DNA of 64,000 nt from Eledone cirrhosa (GCA_964016885.1 OZ024743.1:190898001-190962000); one strand, 5' to 3'. Numbered from the stretch's first letter, positions 16,379 to 30,949 are shown. A program made the numbers and translations. Notes: generated by a model from the sequence alone, not told the origin.

Positions 16379-17622
16379 ATTGAATAGAATATTACAAATT
16401 CCTACAATATTGTTAGAAATATTGCCTATAAATAGCCTATGCTGATAGTTTCTTGAGATATTACAATCCTATTGTATTAGGATGACACAAACCTTTGTCA
16501 CAATATTTCATCTCTGTGCTTAGCAGACAGAATTATTAGCTGCTCCTCAGTGAGCGTTTAGTACACATAAGAATAGCAGACGTAGTAATCATAATATTCT
16601 TACGATGTAAGAGTAATTATAGTCATCAGGATCCTCTCGAAGCATAAACAGCCACTAGCATCAAGGTACTGGCTTTACTACTACACACGCTTGTGACCAC
16701 TGAATTATCTTACAATCCTAAAAGCCCATCTTTAACTGGAAATCCAGACTACTCCAGAAAAATACACACAGCATTGTACAAGGGTCAACATTTCTATCCA
16801 TTAGGCATTGTGTCTGCATGCGGGTGAGAAACTCTGGACTCGCTAATCGAGATTACATATACATTTAGTGACCCGAAGCCTGCTTCCAGGCAAACCCACC
16901 CCAGGTCACATATATTTAGACATGTCATTTTCAACGTTATTCTAGCCACTGTTGGCAGAGTACCAATTAGAGCTAATGTTTGACAGCATTGTATGTTGTA
17001 GGTTCTCTAAAGAAATTCCTATTTTGTGCATTGATAGTTTTCAATTGCACAACATATATTGGGAATTTCTCCTTAAACTTTCTATATGCTATTAAAGTTA
17101 TTTTCAACAGGAATCTTCCGTTTAGAGTTTTTAGAAGAGTTTTTTTTATCCACCATAGGAGATAAATTGGCAGATTCATTGGAATACTGGTTAGATTGCT
17201 CATGGCATTATTTCCGGATTTTTTACCACTAAGTTTAAATCACACAGATGTCACCTTCACCTTTCATTCTTTTGAGATCAATAAATAAAGTGCATTAGAG
17301 TTACTTCTTCCTCTATTTTTCTTTCCCATTTTATATGCCTCTCGTTCTGTCAATCGGCTCCGTTTTTTACGGAAGGTAGGTGGATTCCAGTAAGTCTAAA
17401 TGCCCAGGTCACGCCTTATGTCACGAGGGTGCCCCTACCACTCGATACTGAGTTAAGAACCCCCCACAGCACACAATCGCTACCATTCATACACTACTTA
17501 TCTGTTTCAACATGTTTTGTAATTGTTATAATTTTCTGAACCCACTATTCTCCTTGAAATTCTGGCGAAATTCAATAATATTGAGTTATTAATCGACTTT
17601 CCTCTCCTCGTCAATGTTGTGC

Positions 17623-17695
<73 letters not shown>

Positions 17696-17820
17696 AAAAT
17701 AAGTTTTGCTTCTTTTTTATTTGCATAATTAAAATATGTTGTTATTTATTCTAACCATATTCGCAAACCATAAAGTGCACTATACTTGCCAAAATATAGG
17801 GGAAATAATCATTACCTAAA

Positions 17821-18028
17821 TCTATATATAAATTCGAATGACTTCCGTCCGTCAATCACACAATGTGTATGTGTTTGTGTGAATGTATGTCTGTGAATAT
17901 GTATTTTTGTAAGTGTATCTGTTGTGCGTTTATATTTATGTACTCATACATATAATTGTATGCATTTGCGCATACACACATGCACGCACATATACACATA
18001 CGCGTCAGCGTATTAAAATAACTACTAG
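17821..18028 (+). mobile_element. Possible short non-autonomous Helitron
   Basis: A|TCTATATATAAA start and CTAG|T end. The subterminal hairpin is weak. Confidence 0.3.
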
Positions 18029-18871
18029 TGTACAAAATTACACGTTTATTCAAATTTTGGTTTTCAACACTTCATAAATAGTTTTAGTTAGCTTCTTAAT
18101 GGTCCTTACATTAAATTAACAACATTTTAAACATTTAATTGCCAATATTTTTCATTTATAAGTTGTTTCTGAATTATTCATTCTCTTCATATGTCAGTGC
18201 CATATCTAACGTCCAGCAATAAACTTTAATCATGTGAATTTGTTTTGTATACATATTTATATCATTCTACAACTTGCGTTCATATCATATTGACGACCAA
18301 CCACTGAGTAAAAAAGCAAAACGCATATTGTGCTTCGATGCGTTAAACTAACATTATCTTGACTCCCCACCCCTCCGAAACAAATCGTCTTTTCAACTTG
18401 CAGAAAGAAGTCATTATTTATAAAGTGTGGAATAGGCAGATGAGACAAACTGTATTAAAACGAAGAAGAATAGAAGAGCTTTTTCAGAGGTTACTTCACC
18501 CAGGTGAACTATTTCAACAACTGCTGGAAATACTGTTAATGAGATAGATATATAATGGGAGACATTCTAGAAAGGAGATAGAAGAAAAGAGGATCTTTGA
18601 AAATATTGTGAAGTACATTTCGAGAGAAAAATTATCGAGAAAATATAACAGCTTTGCCAATTTATCATACCATTAATGGCGAAAACATATAATAAAGTAA
18701 AGCTTTAGAAGATACTTCAATGTTTCGTTTCAGAAAATCTTGGAAGAATATTCTGATACATATTCCTTCGGTATAGAAGAATCTCTCACGTTAAGAAAGA
18801 CACTAAAGGAAGATCTTAAGAGCTGGCTGAAGGTCAATTTTATTTTATGTATATATATGTAAGTCCGTATA

Positions 18872-18933
<62 letters not shown>

Positions 18934-19414
18934 GTTAATAGTATTGCGTTGCTTCCGTGTATCTAAAGGTGCATATATATAAATGTTTATATTGGAAGAT
19001 ATACGCACATTTTCATATATACCTATATATGTCTTTGTGAAAACGCAATAGAAGAAAATGAAAGACTGATGCATTGAGACTATTAAAACTATTAAAACCT
19101 AAAGCCATATACCGTGAAGCAGAATTTTAAAAATTACACATTTGCCTTTATATTACTTGCCAATTGTACAATTGAAATATATTGATCTATATGTTTATCT
19201 GTGGTATGGGAAGGAAACAGAAATGAGCTGGTTTCAGTCGTCAACACTTGGCTTGTCCTTCAGTTATAAATGTATATTCCATATATAAGCGGCTAATATA
19301 TAACACACGCTGTACGGTGTTAGTTATGAAACATATAACTAAATGATTTCTTCTCTAAAATTAACGGAAATAAATATCAGGAATTATTATTTTCATTATT
19401 GTTATTATTATTGA

Positions 19415-19700
19415 CAGTATTGGTAGAGCCTCCGACACTCTGCTTTGTGGCATAGCGTTGCGGACCATTACGCTCTGAGTACAAAAATTACTGAAGTTAG
19501 CTTGGCCTTTTATCCTTACGGGATCGATAAAATAAAGTACCAGTCACGCACTGGGGGCGATTTAATCGACTTTCTCATCCCCCCCCCCAAAAAAAAAAAA
19601 TTGATGGCCTTGTGCCTAATTAAGAAACCATTATTATGATAAAATAAAGTACCAGTAATACACTTGGTAATTGCTGGCCTTGTGCCAAAAGTAGAAACAA
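19415..19700 (+). mobile_element. SINE family S1, decayed, with duplicated 3' part
   Basis: TATCCTTACGGGATCGATAAAATAAAGTACCAG; the tail GGCCTTGTGCC occurs twice. Confidence 0.7.
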
Positions 19701-19799
19701 TTATTATAAAAGAAAACATTATTATTGTTTTTGTTAAGGCTCTTGGTTGCACAGTATATCTGATATTTAAAGTATCTTCTACTGCTTGTTACCTTTCAT

Positions 19800-20740
19800 C
19801 AACCTAGCTTCCTGGGTAGCTATCCAGTTTTGAACAGAGAAGTCTTTTTAAGAGAGCAAATTGTGAATAGAAGTCTGTTTACATAAAATATCCTCTCGGT
19901 TTTAGTGGCAGCGAACACAAAGCTCCGATAATAACTGGAGTTATCTTCAGGTGTGTATGTGTTATTTAGCGCATTCGTGCAATTTCGCTCAGTATATTTT
20001 GTTAATTCTTTAATTCCTTTCAAGACTATGTTTTGTTCTCCTGGGATGGTAACAACAATCTGGTATTTATACCTACTGTTATGCATAACGATATCAGGTA
20101 TGTTGTCTTCGCCCCTGCAGTCCGTTTGCGTACTGAAGAAGTCGAGTGTCTTGGATTTGACTGTGTCATCAATGACACGTCCTCAGACTTGCTGGCAGCA
20201 CTTATCGGAATCTGATATCCATATTTTGTGCACAATGACCAGTAGAGATCCATACAGTCTTTAACTCAAATGAGTTATACTACCATCTTTATAACTACTT
20301 TTTGTTTACCCTGTAGAGACACGTCGTTTAGACGATTCTTTTTTCTCCATCTTTTCCTGCTGCATACTGTAAAAGCTTTTCATTATTAATTAGCAGTTAG
20401 TAAGTGATATCTTGCTTATCACTCTCGTTAGATTCTGTAAAGCTTATCAGCCATTTTCCTCCAAGTATGCGTTTCGTGTGCAGCCGATTTATACGAATCT
20501 TATGTATAGTCATCATTTTACATGTTGTGCTATCTATCCTGTCAACCCCTATCTTTGATCACTTGCGGGTCCCAGTACCATCGCGTATCTCATATAAATC
20601 CCAGGCTTTTACAGCAAGAATCAAATTTGTTGCATGCAGTTTGGATAAAAGGAAAGGTTTTACCCTGTATAAATCTTTATTTTACATTATATTTCATTGG
20701 TCTGTACTGTTTATTTGACACTAATTTGTGAATTGAGAAA
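19800..20740 (-). mobile_element. Decayed R4/Dong-type non-LTR element 3' end
   Basis: LYWSLCTKYG, IPDIVMHN..VTIPGEQNIV.K...KY: RLE-domain motifs spread across frames. Confidence 0.6.
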
Positions 20741-21160
20741 TATATCACTACTATTTCTAGCTGATCCAGTGTTCACTTAGATACTTGATAATATGTTCCT
20801 TCTGTTACTGCTGTTTTTGATGATTTCAGTTGTTTGGTCATGATGATGATGACGACGACTACGATGAATAGGATGCGGATGATGGTCATGGTTATCGTGA
20901 TGATGGTCTAGTTTAATTTTTTTTTTCATGATATACAACTTGGGAATAAGAGAGATATATAGCTGTCAGGTTAGCGGGATATAATTTTGTAAAGACGATG
21001 AATGAGTGTGAACGAGGGGAAGATGAGAAGAGACATGGGTGAATAAAATGCAGATCTGGAAAAAAACCAGTAGCGCTTCCATGAAAAAACGAATAAAAGC
21101 AAGGGATATATACATACATATATGAATGCACACATGCATGTACATGTACATATATATATG

Positions 21161-21327
<167 letters not shown>

Positions 21328-21929
21328 CATATAGATTAAAAAAAGAGATGGAATGGAGAGGAAGATGAATGGAAAGGAATTAATCTGAGATAGAAAAAAG
21401 AGTTAGAGGTGAAGAGAGCAATATAGAAAGAAACGGTTGTAGAAAGAGCTGAAAGTGATACACAGAGGATGAATGAAAGAGAAGCAGTAAAACTGAGAAA
21501 GGACGATTGAGAGCCTTATACATGTAACGGTAGAAAGAGGCCCGCAGAGAAATGTATAGAGAGCAGATGATTCAATGAGACGCTGAGTGTGCAAATAGGG
21601 AATGTGAAGAGTGTTGGGAGGGTGCTTATAGATTTCATTGAAGCTTTATATCATTTAAGGTTGATCGTGAAATCCAAGGAATTTTCAACATTTCTTTAGA
21701 CTTTTCTCTAGTTCAGTGACATTGCCATTATTCATCCATGTGCTTTTTGTTGTAATTTATGCTTTTGGTATAGTTTTATAAGGTTGTCGTTGTATTTGTT
21801 GATGCAAATTTTGTTGTTGTTACATTGTCATCATTGCTTCCATGTATTTTGTAGTTGTTACACAATGACCACAGCAATGTAGTTGACGGTTTCATTTGAT
21901 ACAACAGAAAAGAGAGCTGAGCGACTTTT

Positions 21930-22630
21930 ATCAGTAAGGTGTCGGACAAACGCCTTTCGGTATTTCATTATGACAACTTATGTTTCGATTTCAAATTTCT
22001 TAGAGGTCAACATCTCATTAATAACGGGTTGATAAAATAGTGTAATTGTCAAATACTAGGCAGATCTAATCGACTTTTCCTTCACCCAAATTTCCTCCTA
22101 CCTTGTGCCTAAATCAGAAACCAGAACTGTGGATTGACAGAATCGTTAGAGCACCAGACTAACGTAGTATGTGGTTACGTTTCTTTACGTTACGAGTTAA
22201 AATCCCGTCAAGGTCAACTTTGCATTTCATCCTTCCGAAATCATTAAATTAAAGTACCAATGAAATATTGAGATTGATTTAAACGCCTTTCCCCTCAACT
22301 AAATTAATAGTCTTATGCCTGAATTAGAAATCATCGTCATTAGAGAGGTTGTTTGGTAGAATGGTTAGTCCGTCTGAAAAAATGCATTAAGGCTCTTTAG
22401 GTTCTGAGTTTAAATCCTTAGGGATCGGTGAAATAAAGTACCTGTAATGCATTGGAGTCGATTTAATCGATTTTCCTCTCCTCCAAATTGTTGGCCTTCT
22501 GCCTAAATCAAAAACTATTAAGGGAAGTGGATTCCCTATAGCGGTTTACCGCCGGATATATCTTTTGTGGCGTTAGTTACGTCCTTTTTATGTTCTGAGT
22601 TCAAATCCTACCGAGGTTAACTTAGCCATA
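21930..22630 (+). repeat. Head-to-tail cluster of ~4 decayed S1 SINEs
   Basis: Repeated GAGTT.AAATCC...AGGTCAAC...AAAGTACC...TGCCTAAAT.AGAAA at ~190-bp spacing. Confidence 0.65.
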
Positions 22631-22852
22631 AAAAAAATAATTTTGTTGGTGTAATGTCTTCAAAATTGTTATATTTGGACCCAAATATTTGGACCCAAAT
22701 ATCATGGGTCACATTTTCTGATGGCAATATATGGTGCCCTGTTTACAGTTTGTAACAAAAACTTTATAATCAACGTTATGCAAAGAAGTGAAAATCAACA
22801 AAACTTTCGGAGCAAATGTAATCGTGACAAACTCTTGAGACACTAATAATAA

Positions 22853-23147
22853 TTGTTTCTACTTTTGGCACAAGGCCAGCAACTATCCCAGTGCATTACT
22901 GGTACTTTATTTTATCGACCCCGTAAGGATGAAAGGCAAAGTTAACCTCGGCGGGATTTGAACTCAGACCGTAAAGAGCCGTAACTCAATGCTGCAAAGC
23001 ATGGCGTCCGACCCTCTACCGATATTGCCAATCCATAAAAATAATTGTTTCTATTTAGGTACAAGGCCAGCAATTACCCAGTGCATTACTGGTACTTTAT
23101 TTTATCGACCCCGTAAGGATGAACGGCAAAGTCAACCTCGGCGGGAT
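22853..23147 (-). mobile_element. S1 SINE (full, 22853-23035) plus truncated copy (23045-23147)
   Basis: Near-identical to 14219-14407. Confidence 0.8.
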
Positions 23148-23515
23148 ATAATGAAGACTTTTTCATAGTAAAAATATAATAACAAATAATATAGATTTAC
23201 AGGCTATATATATGTGAGTATATATATTTCAAATAAATCTTTTTACATCTCATGTTGAAACAGGTATAGTTGGTAAATTTTGTGGCGATAGAAATAATGT
23301 ATCAGTTCCGCAAACACATATTCACCGAAACAAAATCACCCACGCTCTCACACACTTACACACACACACCTACACACTGATAAATAAAACAAAAGTATTG
23401 ATAAATAAAACACGAAAGATACAAATGACTACTAAAGTGAAATAATTGTATATATGTAATGGTACAAATAAAAATATCACATGTTGAAGGGATGAGGATA
23501 TTTATATATATATAT

Positions 23516-24291
23516 AAACGGAAAAAATGAAAAGAAATTTCATTTCTCACTCTTAGTACGGCTGTTACTTAAATATAAGTATGTATACGTACATACATAT
23601 ATGTATACAGACGTACAGTAGTATGTAGATATACATACATGCTCACATATATATATGTACGTATGGATTCACCGAACATTTATTATAATGCTCGGTGTGT
23701 TTGTAAACAAACATCCCGAATTAAGTCGTACAGAGTTTAGCAACCATTGTTGCGCTTTTGTTCAACACTGACAAATGAACGATGTACTAGTTTCAAGCTT
23801 ATTAGCAACCACCGTTGCTCATTTGTTCAACCCTGACAAAGGAATGCTGTTCTAATTACTTATTAGCTATCGTCAGCAACGTATACCTTACTGCCAGATG
23901 ATTGAACGTCTGAAAGTATATACTTTCCTTATATATATTAACGGCTGAGCAGCATAATTTGCATATCGAGTGAGTTAATCGGCCCGGGTACTAAAAACGA
24001 TAAACGGAAAAAATGAAACGAAATTTCATTTCTCACTCTTAGTACGGCTGTTACTTAAATATAAGTATGTACACGTACATACATATATGTATACTGACGT
24101 ACAGTAGTATGTATATATATATATACTACTGTACGTCAGTATATATATATATATATATATACATACATGCACACATATATATATGTACGTATGGATTCAC
24201 CGAACATTTATTATAATGCTCGGTGTGTTTGTAAACAAACATCCCGAATTAAGCCGTACAGTGTCTAGCAACCATCGTTGCTCATTTGTTC
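23516..24291 (-). mobile_element. Retrozyme-like family B, ~1.6 tandem units, HHR split by an internal duplication
   Basis: AAACGGAAAAAATGAAA at 23516 and 24002. HHR halves at ~23780-23806 and ~23860-23881. Confidence 0.8.
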
Positions 24292-24293
24292 AT

Positions 24294-24346
<53 letters not shown>

Positions 24347-24412
24347 GAAGAGAGAAGAAACATTTAGATATAATTAGTAATAAAATGTATCATACCTAAA
24401 CTGTTCCTAAAT

Positions 24413-24500
24413 TCCTCGACTACGTAGTTTCGTGGCATAAACAAAAACAATATATCAAAGATATAGAGTCCTTGCGAGGTCTGCCGACTTATCAAGAGGA
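24413..24500 (-). ncRNA. Decayed hammerhead ribozyme with large stem II
   Basis: Minus strand: TCCTC-ttgataa-GTcGGCA...TGCCAC-GAAA-CTACGTAG-TC^-GAGGA. Stems and GUC site intact; core has two transitions. Confidence 0.6.
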
Positions 24501-24733
24501 TACCTCATTTTACTAGTCTCAAGAACGCGTCTACACGACGTGAGAAAGAATCCCAAAAGGCGGAGGGGGAGACAGTCACGCGATATAACGGTCGAGAAAC
24601 AGAGCTAAGCCTCTTATAACCACGAAGAAAATACCACGGAGGCGGAGGGGGTATTCATACCCTTAACTCACAGTTGGGTGCGGATGCATTCATGTATATA
24701 TGTGTGTGTCCGCATGTATCTGTGTGTTTCTAA

Positions 24734-24775
<42 letters not shown>

Positions 24776-24782
<7 letters not shown>

Positions 24783-25010
24783 ATGCTTGGGGAGGGTCGT
24801 ATTGTTGTAATAATATTGCCAGAAATAATAACAGAAGACACTCACTGTTTGGTTAGTTTTCGCTTCTGTATCTTTTATATCTCCATAGGTAATTTATTTG
24901 CCAATCGACGTTTATCATTGATTGACCAATGGTTAAAAATTCACTTATAAATATATATATATAGTCTATCAAAGTTCTTTCGTTGCACATCTGCAACATC
25001 ATCAGTGGTA
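24776..25010 (-). mobile_element. Family C element with hammerhead ribozyme at 24967-25010
   Basis: Minus strand: TACCA-CTGATGA-t-GTTGCAgatgTGCAAC-GAAA-gaac-TT^-TGATA. Same HHR as 49741-49782. Confidence 0.75.
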
Positions 25011-25069
25011 CTATTATGTTCCCTCCTATTGTATTGTATTGTATTGTAATGTCTACGTTATTTTTATTT

Positions 25070-25101
<32 letters not shown>

Positions 25102-25337
25102 TAGATAGATAGATATAGATAGATATGTGCGTGAATGTGTATTTGTGTGTATGTGATTATATGCATTTATATATATATATATCAATATATATCTATATCG
25201 ATTTGTAAATATCATTGCGCTATTTTACGAATTGCAAATATGCACACACAGATACACACATACATACACACACACGCACACAAACACACACACACACACA
25301 CACAGATACACACATACATACATACACACGCACACAA

Positions 25338-25380
<43 letters not shown>

Positions 25381-25884
25381 CATATAAATATATATATATA
25401 TGGTTACGGTCAGGTGCGGAAAGTCTCTGAAGATACATGATTGAGTGAAATTAAGATTAATAGTGAATCTTTTTTTTACACATGCTTTGTCATCTTGATT
25501 TTTAAACATGTGTAGTAGACAAATAAATGTTAACATTTTTTTAATTGGATTTTTTGTTCAATCTTTTATATATAATTTTAATATACGCGTTCCATCGCAA
25601 ATGAGTGTAATAATAATAATCTACCATTACTACCCTTTATGGTCTGAGTTCAAATCCCACCGAGTCTAACTTTGCTTTTCATCCTTACGGGGCCCACAAA
25701 ATAAAGCACCAGTAATGCGCTGAGATAATTGTAGGCCTTGTGCCAAAAGTAGAAACAATTATAGATATTTGTTTAAAAAGTCGTGTAAACTACCACTGAA
25801 GACGGACAAATATTGAACCACTCGCGAGTTATCGAACCCAACCACACTTGGTTAATTATATATATACATGTATATATAAATTAA

Positions 25885-26146
25885 ATAGAATGAAACGAAA
25901 TTTCATTTCTCACTCTTAATACGGCACTTACTTAAATGTAAGTATGTATGTATGTATACGTACATACATATATGTATACAGACGTACTGTAGTATGTATA
26001 TATATACATACATGCACACATATATATATATATGCACGTATCGGTTTACCGAACATTTATTATAATGCTCGGTTTGTTTGTTTGTAAACAAACAAACAGC
26101 CCGAATTACGCCGTACAGTGTTTAGTCAACCACGTCACCTTTTTGT
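25885..26146 (-). repeat. Family B fragment without the HHR
   Basis: GAAACGAAATTTCATTTCTCACTC...CCCGAATTACGCCGTACAGTG. Confidence 0.8.
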
Positions 26147-26239
26147 TATATAGATGTAGATGTACTTAATCTATTAACTTAGTATTGAGTATTTTCCTTT
26201 TTTGCTTTTACATGACATGAGTGTAAAAGTACATACACG

Positions 26240-26270
<31 letters not shown>

Positions 26271-26280
26271 CCTTTTTCAT

Positions 26281-26583
26281 TTCATTTTACGTCCGCTTTT
26301 TCACTGCTTGCAAGGGTGGGACGGGAACTGATTTTGGCTTGATTTCTACAGCTGGATGCCTTCCTAACACCAACCTCATTTACAGTGAGTGCTGGTTGTT
26401 TTTTTTGCCGTGGCACCTCCACGACCACTTTGCAGTGGAATGATAGGGACCCTGAGTAAACAGGAGCAATGTGAAATAAAGTGTCTTGCTCAAGGAAACA
26501 ACACATCACCCGGTCTGAGAATTGAACTCACAACCTTTCGATTGCAAGGCCAATGCTCTAACCACTAAACCATGTGCCTCCAT
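26281..26583 (-). mobile_element. tRNA-derived CORE-like SINE, family S2
   Basis: Reverse complement GGAGGCACATGGTTTAGTGGTTAGAGC..GAGTTCAATTC..CCTTGAGCAAGACACTT. Matches 39190-39513 and 35651-35955. Confidence 0.8.
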
Positions 26584-26599
26584 GATATATATATATATA

Positions 26600-29500
26600 G
26601 TTCAGGAGTTCAGGAGATGTGGGGAATGTGGAGTTACCCCTTAGTTGTCGTGACTCCCAGGTCTGCCCTGGCCCGGGGTGGTAGTACCTGTTAGGGCTCC
26701 ATTTATGGGTTAAATAACTACCTTATTCGAGTGGCGCCGGTAAGGTATAGTCAGCCATTGAAAAGAAATATGGAGAGTCGATCTAACAGCACTAGGGTTA
26801 GAGCCCCTAATTACACTGTCAAGGAGCAGCCTGGTCGTTATGACTCTGCTGGCTTAGAGCCACAGAGAGGGCCAGTGGATGATGGATCAGCTGTCGCTGA
26901 GACAAATATAAAGAATGCAGTTTTGTCCTGCAAAAGAGCCATCAAAATGGGCACTTTGAATGTGAGGACTATTCGAACGCTGGAGAAGACAGAGGAGTTG
27001 GGACATCTGTTCGAGGAGAGTGGTATACAGATACTTGCGATCCAAGAACACAGGATTCTACACGATGAGCCCGTGGGGAGTGTGATGATCGGGAGGAGGA
27101 GCCAGCTCATCACTACATCGGCAGTGAAGAACACAACAAATGCTGCAGTAGGAGGAGTGGGTTTTGTGTTCAGTGCAAAAACCAATCTGTTGGTGAGGGA
27201 AATAATGCCTATCTCCCCGCGGGTGTTGAGGGTGACCTTCAATGGAAACCCAAGACTGACAGTCATCTCAGCCTATAGTCCAACCGAGGGGGACAGTGAT
27301 GTGAATGCCGAGGAGTTCCATGAGGAGGTGTGTAGAGCTGTCAACACCACTCAGGCACACAATATCCTGCTTGTTTTGGGGGACTTCAATGCACATCTGA
27401 GTACGGAGGGCAGTGAAGATCCTTGCTGGTACTTCCATAACAACACCAACCGAAATGGAAGACTACTGAGAGACACCCTGCTGGAGGCGAACTTGATGGC
27501 GACCAACCTAAGGTTTAGGAAGAATCTGGGGAAGATGTGGACCTACATCTCAGATGTGCACCTGTCCAAGTCCCAGATTGATTTCATTCTGGTGAGGAAA
27601 AAGTGGCGGAATAGTCTTCTGAACACGGAACCATACAGCTATTTCAGTACACTAGGTAGTGACCACCGGCTTGTTATGAGTGAGGTCCGCGTGAGCTTAA
27701 GAAAGAGCAAGGCTCAGCCCCGGAGAACAATCTATGACTGGGGAGCTTTCAAGGAAGATGATAAGCTACAGGAGAGGTTCACAATGGAAGTGAGAAACAG
27801 GTTTAGTGCTCTGTGTGGAGAGTCAGAGGAGAGAGAGATTGGATGGACTGGGGAGAGTGTGACGAGGAGGTACGGGCACTTCACCAATGCAGTGGCGAAA
27901 GCAAGTGAAACCCTGGTGCCGAGGAAAAAGAACAAAGGGAAGCACGTCAGCTCTGCAAACCCAAAAGTGTATGCAGCCAGAGAACACCTGAAAGCTGCCA
28001 GGGACCAATTCTATGCTGATCCTACGGAGGAGAGGATGGAGACTGTGGAGGGGATGAGGGAAGAGCTCTGTACCGCTTACACTGAGGTCAGAGAGGAGGC
28101 ACTGATAGAGAAGATCAGAAGTGTGGAGAGAGCGGTTGACAGATCTGGATGTAAGGAGAGCTGGATGATCATCAACGAGATCACAGGGAGGAAGAAAAGG
28201 TGTTCGAGTCAGATCCAGGGAACGGGGCCCGAAGATAGGAAGAGGAAATGGCTAGACCATTTTAGGACCCTACTAGGAGAGCCACCCTCCACAGCCCAGA
28301 GCACTGGGGAGATCAGGCGGCTGTTTGAGGAACTGGATGTTGAGACAGAGCCCTTCACCAGAGAGGAGCTTCAGAGATCCAAGAAGAAGATCAAGGGGGG
28401 CAAGGCTCATGGAGAAGATGGAGTGGCATCAGAGGTGATGAAGAGGTGTGATTTTGATGATATCATCCTGGGGTTCTGTAACGGCGCACTGGAGAAAGGA
28501 GTTGCCCCGAATCAGTGGAGGATCAGTAACATCGTCCCAGTGCCAAAGAAGGGAGATCTCTCTAACACCAACAACTACTGGGGGATCTCACTGACGTCAC
28601 TTGTGGCAAAGACCCTCAACAGGATGATTCTTAACAGGATCCAGCCTGAGATGGAGAAGAAGCTCAGGGACAACCAGAACGGCTTCAGAGAGGGTAGATC
28701 AACCACCAGTCACATCCTGATGCTGAGGAGGATATTAGAGGGAGCTCGAGCAAAGTGCCTTCCTGCGGTCATGGTTTTCATTGACTTTAGGAAGGCCTTT
28801 GATTCTGTGGACCGTTACTGCCTGATGAAGATCTTACAGGCTTATGGAATCCCCAAGAGGATAGTGGACCTGATATCACTGCTCTACACCAACACCAAAG
28901 CCCATGTCATTACACCTGATGGGATGACAGAGTTCTTTGAGATACTGGCTGGAGTGCTCCAGGGAGATACATTGGCTCCCTACCTTTTTCTCATCGTAGT
29001 GGACTATTGTATGCGCCTTGCACTGGAGAAACACCAGGACACTGGCTTTACTGTAGCACCGGCTCAGAGCAGGAGAGTTGGAGCGAAAAAGGTATCGGAT
29101 GCTGAATTTGCCGACGACATAGTTTTGGTGACAAATACAGTGAAGGAGGCAGAGGATTTAATGCGGGAGGTTGAGACTGTGTCGATAAGTGTGGGGCTGA
29201 GAATGAATGAGACTAAAACAAAATATCTGGTAGAGAATGTTGAGAAGCCAGAGGGGATCACTAATGTAGGCGGGAAGCCGCTGGAATTGGTTGAGGACTT
29301 CCTGTATTTGGGAGCAAAGATTGGGAATGCGGAGGATGATGTGGTTGAGAGTAAGAGCAAGGCCTGGGCGGCGTGTCACAGCTTGAGGTCGGTGTGGAAG
29401 TCGGACCTTCGTAGAGACCTGAAAATCCGCCTCTTCATTGCTGTAGTGGAGTCTGTGCTGCTGTATGGGTCTGAGACTTGGACACTGACCAAGAGACTCA

Positions 29501-29862
29501 GTCAGATGGTGGATGGGTGCTACACGAGAATGCTGAGGATGGCTCTGAACATTAATCAGTATACACTGAGGATGAAAAACTCAGAGCTGTATGGGAGCAT
29601 CCCAAAAGTCAGCTCAAAAGTGACACAGAGGAGACTGAGGTTGGCTGGACATGCTCACCGACATCCAGAGTTGACATTGCACTCAGTGCTCCTTTGGGAG
29701 CCCCTACATGGACACACTAGAAGAGGAAGACCAAGGTTAACATATGTTGATGCCCTAAGGACAGACACTGGTCTGTTGGAGATGCAGGATATGGCAGCGA
29801 TAATGAGGGACAGAGACCGCTGGAGAGAACTCGTCCATGGATCTCGGGAATTTTACCCGCCT
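26600..29862 (+). mobile_element. Apparently full-length RTE-type LINE inserted in (TA)n
   Basis: Single APE+RT ORF with short 5' UTR, markedly higher GC than the flanks, and (TA)n on both sides. Confidence 0.9.

Positions 29863-29913
<51 letters not shown>
26731..29913 (+). CDS. APE endonuclease / reverse transcriptase polyprotein of an RTE-type LINE (first ATG at 26770)
   Basis: GTLNVRT, IQEHR, GDFNAH, IDFIL, SDH (APE); QNGFR, FIDFRKAFDSV, GVLQGDTLAPYLF, FADD, FLYLG, LLYGSETW, R..GRP (RT and RTE C-terminus). No internal stops. Confidence 0.92.
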
Positions 29914-29916
<3 letters not shown>

Positions 29917-30949
29917 TTTAGTCAGGGGAGAAAGAGTAGAGCCTATGATAGTTTTCAAAGTTTCTGAGGCAGGGGAAGATGGAGAGAAGAAGCTATCTTT
30001 AATCCTTTCTTTGTCATATTTCTAATATAATACATTGTGTTTGAATTAAATTAATGAAGAATTTAGAAGGATTTACTAATTATTTCTTATTAAGATATTA
30101 TTTGTAACACAGCTTATCAAAAGGTTCTTATAGAAAGTATGCTAGAATTAATCTAAATAGGAACACTTGGATGGTTTTGTTCCATAGAAGTAGAGCTGGT
30201 TTTAGGTTGGTTGCTATCAAAAGGGTAAAACCAAAGACTTGACCTAAAGACTGTATGTTTCTGTGCATTGTGCTCATTCATGTATAATGTGTACCCCTTT
30301 TTGTCCAGAAAAATAGCATGTAGTGACGCCGCCAACTTTCAGAAATGGGGATACGCCACTGATGATTATTCCAACTGCCAATACGGGCAATTTCACACTA
30401 TGGAGCACCTGTTAGTTTGTCCCAATGATTCATGCACACTTAACGACCTTGAAACCTTAAAGCCACAGCACTACCACTTTACAGAACAAACTAGGTGCTT
30501 TTTATCACGGCACTAATACTACTACTTTATAATGTGGGCTGGGTGCTTATAATTGTGGCCCCAGCATAGTCAGCTTACAGGGTTAATTGGGTGATTTTTA
30601 TCATGGCACCAGTACTTACACTTTATAATGTAGACTGGGAGTATTTTATTGGGGTACCACATTATAACTTTATCAAGTATCTGGGTGGATTTTATCATGG
30701 CAGCAGCCTACAACACTACAGTGCTGGTTGTGTCTTCAGCTTACAGTGGGACATGTGTGCATGTGTACATAAAATAAAAATCTTCACTGGATGATTAGTT
30801 TCCAGCATCCTTGGCCTTGGAAAGCTCCAGTACCAGTCAAGCAAGATAAATGTAATACAGACAACTGAAATACATGTATGGCTTCATCCCATCAGTAAAT
30901 CCCTAACTCCAGCTGCTGTGGCCAATTCTTCTAGTTTCTTGAAGACTTT

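Noticed and set aside
26605-26730. HDV-like ribozyme in the RTE 5' UTR
   Set aside because: GGAGTTA/TGACTCC can pair but encloses only ~14 nt, too little for the nested double pseudoknot. I could not build the fold by eye.
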